A stretch of 62,068 bases of DNA, the filler included, from Sphacelaria rigidula (lineage: Eukaryota): the NCBI GenBank assembly GCA_964200075.2. It is 6 parts of 6 records of this genome, joined end to end, with 100 filler letters (N's around TTAATTAATTAA, not from the genome) between each part and the next. Parts side by side here need not be neighbours in the genome. Positions count along the whole stretch, not along the records: positions 51,809 to 62,068 come from CAXNAA020006844.1; 5 more parts are not named here. The stretch is one strand, 5' to 3'. A program made the translations under genes and the position numbers. The notes under the pieces were generated by a model. It worked only from the letters and a program-made list of their open reading frames with translations, ran no database searches and was not told where the DNA came from. Shown piece by piece: positions 59,501 through 62,068 of the stretch. Numbering within the stretch: the first letter of the stretch is position 1; each line of letters begins with the position of its first letter.

Positions 59501-62068
59501 CGTGTGCAAGGGCGTCGCGTTACTTGTACAGCTTAGCTAGGAGCGGAAATGGTACGTCAGCAGTACAAAGAGAGTGTAGACAGCGAAGTGTGGTGTGGTG
59601 CAGGCCGGTGGCTGGTACCGGGAAACATACATGCTGATGACTGATACAGTAAACTCCGCTGCTACTGTCTTTCCTAGAGGGTTCGGTGCTTGGGGTGTGC
59701 TGCAGTGTAGACTGATTATCGGTAATTTTAGGAGTAGGTACTACATATCACTCCTCACTGCAGAGGGTTGCACCACCGTGAGGCCCTCTACAGTGCGGGT
59801 CCCACCACAGTGCGGTCGAAATCACTCGCCACAAGTCCGATTCATCATTTCCTACGAGAACGCCCCAACCTCTCCAAATAAAAAAGTGAAGGCCCATTTT
59901 TTTCGCAAATCTCTGCGGTTCTCCACGCTAAGTTTCAAATCACAATGCTGAAAATTCAGCGAAAAATTTGATATAAGGCCTAAGACCAATGTTCATTTAT
60001 AGAGCGGGGTCCCAGCATAGCGCAGCCATGGCGGGTTGGCAACTCACCGCATCATTATGTTGGCACCCCAACTGTACATGAAAAGCTCCATGAGCAAATT
60101 TGTTTTGGATTAGCCGGCATTATATGGAGAGGCCCAAACGCATAGTCTCCGTCCCTACTACTGTAGTGTTATGGGGGTGAATAAAGAAAGGCCTTACCGA
60201 CCAAAAATCCGTTGTCAACAAGAAAAAAATATGAAAGCGGAGGGATAATGAAGGCGTACTGAAGACGTCATTGACTGGTCGAACCTCTGCTGAACCTCTG
60301 CCGAACAGAATACACGCTCCATCCAAAGTTCCCTAGGTTTAGCATGCGACAGCTGTAATTTTTTCATCGCACAGTTCTCGAGACAGGAAGCAAACCGGCC
60401 TGTGGCACTTGACAGTCAGTCCCCCGCACACACACCAGATATATTCAGTGCCGCCGCGGATTTGCTCAATTCGCCACGGCGGATCCAAAGAGCCCCCGAA
60501 CTTCGAAGAAAACGCGTGTTTCAGTACATTTTGGCGGTTTGCAAAGTGCTGCGGGCTCCGTGGCACGCGGTACGGAATGCCGCCGCGCCACTGAATAGTT
60601 CGGGTGTGTGGGAAGCGCACGCATCAAACCGCAGTCCAATCCTCTGCTTCGTTGCCGAGATATCTGCGTTGAAAGATGAGCATAACAACAACACGAGCGG
60701 CAGCTCCTATCCTCCTGTTGTGGTAACCCCGTGCACAGGTGTACAGCAACGTCAGTCACAGGGTTGTTGTAGAATGTACCATGGCATTAGTACATTGTAT
60801 GAGGGCCGTCGTCATTTCGAGTGACGCGTGTACTTGTGATTGATACTGGTTGGCTCGTTTAGGTTCCATTTCTTCTGCATTCAACGGACTGTGTAGTTGG
60901 TCGGTCCATTTTCCTTGTATATAGTGCCCAAAATCGGGCCCCATTCACCCCATAACTGAGCAAACCCATGTCCCGCTGGAGCATAGCTATGGCGTAGGAG
61001 TAGCAGACGATATACAGTACCGCGGATATTTCCTCCCTTCCCCCCAAATCTACACCAGATTTCAACTTCAGGGGCCTGCATGTCTTTTCAGTTGACATAT
61101 GACCACCCCTGCCTCATTCCCAAATAAGTGCGCTGAGAGCTTCATACTTTACAACAATTTACTCGTCAGGGCTTTACTCTGAGGCAATTGCGACCACTGA
61201 GTGTTTACCATGTGTCACGGAGTGACACAGCGTAGATTCCCCGATGCGGTGGCTGTCACACGCAACGTGTAGCATATCTTCTCCATATGTGTTTAGTCAC
61301 GATGACATTGCCCGACATGCTGTTGAGCACAGTGTACCGGCTCTACAGCGAAGCTTCCGTTTGAAGGCATAGAGAATGCAGAGAAATAAATAATGACCGA
61401 GAACAACTGACACTGTTTTTTTTTTACTTTGGCCACCGTGTGGAGTGACGATTAACTGTCGCTGGCTGCCCGCCAATGCCTTTTCCTGATGCTAGTTTGA
61501 TGTTGGTGTCGAGAAAGAAATGGGAACCTCATTTTTCATTTTTTCGATATTGGTTTCCATGTGCTGTTGTGCCCTCAACTCAAAAGTGAAGGATGAGAAG
61601 GCCTGTCGCCGGAGGTCCATGGCAAGATTGCATCTGATACGAGGTTTCGGCGGATGGGGCGTTGCCTCACCAAACATGAAGACAAGGCAACAAAACAAAA
61701 CATCCCGCAGAGTTGAGGTGATTTCTACCACCATGCACACAGCACGGCATGCTTTCACCGCCACTGCAGCCATGACAAGCAGCACAGAAAGAAGCAACGG
61801 TCATACTGAAATTGCACGAGGATATTTCCTATCCTGTTCCGAACAATCCGACGCTTTTCGACTCGACATGACACTCGGCGTTGCAGAACTCATTACTCTG
61901 ACATCGCGATCTCTTCTCATACAGGGGGTCTTTCCAGGGTCCAGTTGGCAGGGTCTCGCGCCCGAGCGGTTAATCCTTGCTGTGGGCCGCTTCAATGTTA
62001 CAAGGGTCGGACAAATAATGATTCGTCTGTAAATTACTTGGTTTTAGTATAATGAGTCGACTCGTGAC

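Noticed and set aside
61492..62032. 170-aa + ORF and overlapping - ORFs at the window end
   Set aside because: No recognisable motif or consistent splice chain.

Overview
Eukaryotic, intron- and transposon-rich DNA, most likely from a brown alga or related ochrophyte (GT-AG introns of 0.2-3 kb, a bipartite plastid-targeting signal, Gly/Ala-rich exons). The window is not contiguous. Five identical 100-bp linkers (N44-TTAATTAATTAA-N44) join six contigs of 10263, 10262, 10261, 10261, 10261 and 10260 bp, which indicates size-sorted concatenation. Contig 1: a degenerate chromodomain-bearing Gypsy element interrupted by a 5'-truncated Copia element, both on the - strand. Contig 2: a 7-exon ING-family PHD-finger gene (-) with an atypical ~295-aa tail, a LINE remnant and a tRNA-derived SINE. 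Contig 3: a 4-exon CX5R (HCWGGHGRT) phosphatase (+). Contig 4: the 5' part of a low-complexity unknown gene (+) whose introns are full of stacked and inverted (CAAT)n-tailed retroposon ends. Contig 5: the 3' exons of exportin-T (+) and a 3-exon plastid-targeted unknown protein (-) with a stop-free, in-frame intron inside its signal peptide. Contig 6: mainly MITEs, a minisatellite and unresolved remnants. I found no clearly new multi-gene system. The best leads are the plastid protein and its intron, the extended ING, and the apparently self-targeting (CAAT)n retroposon arrays.
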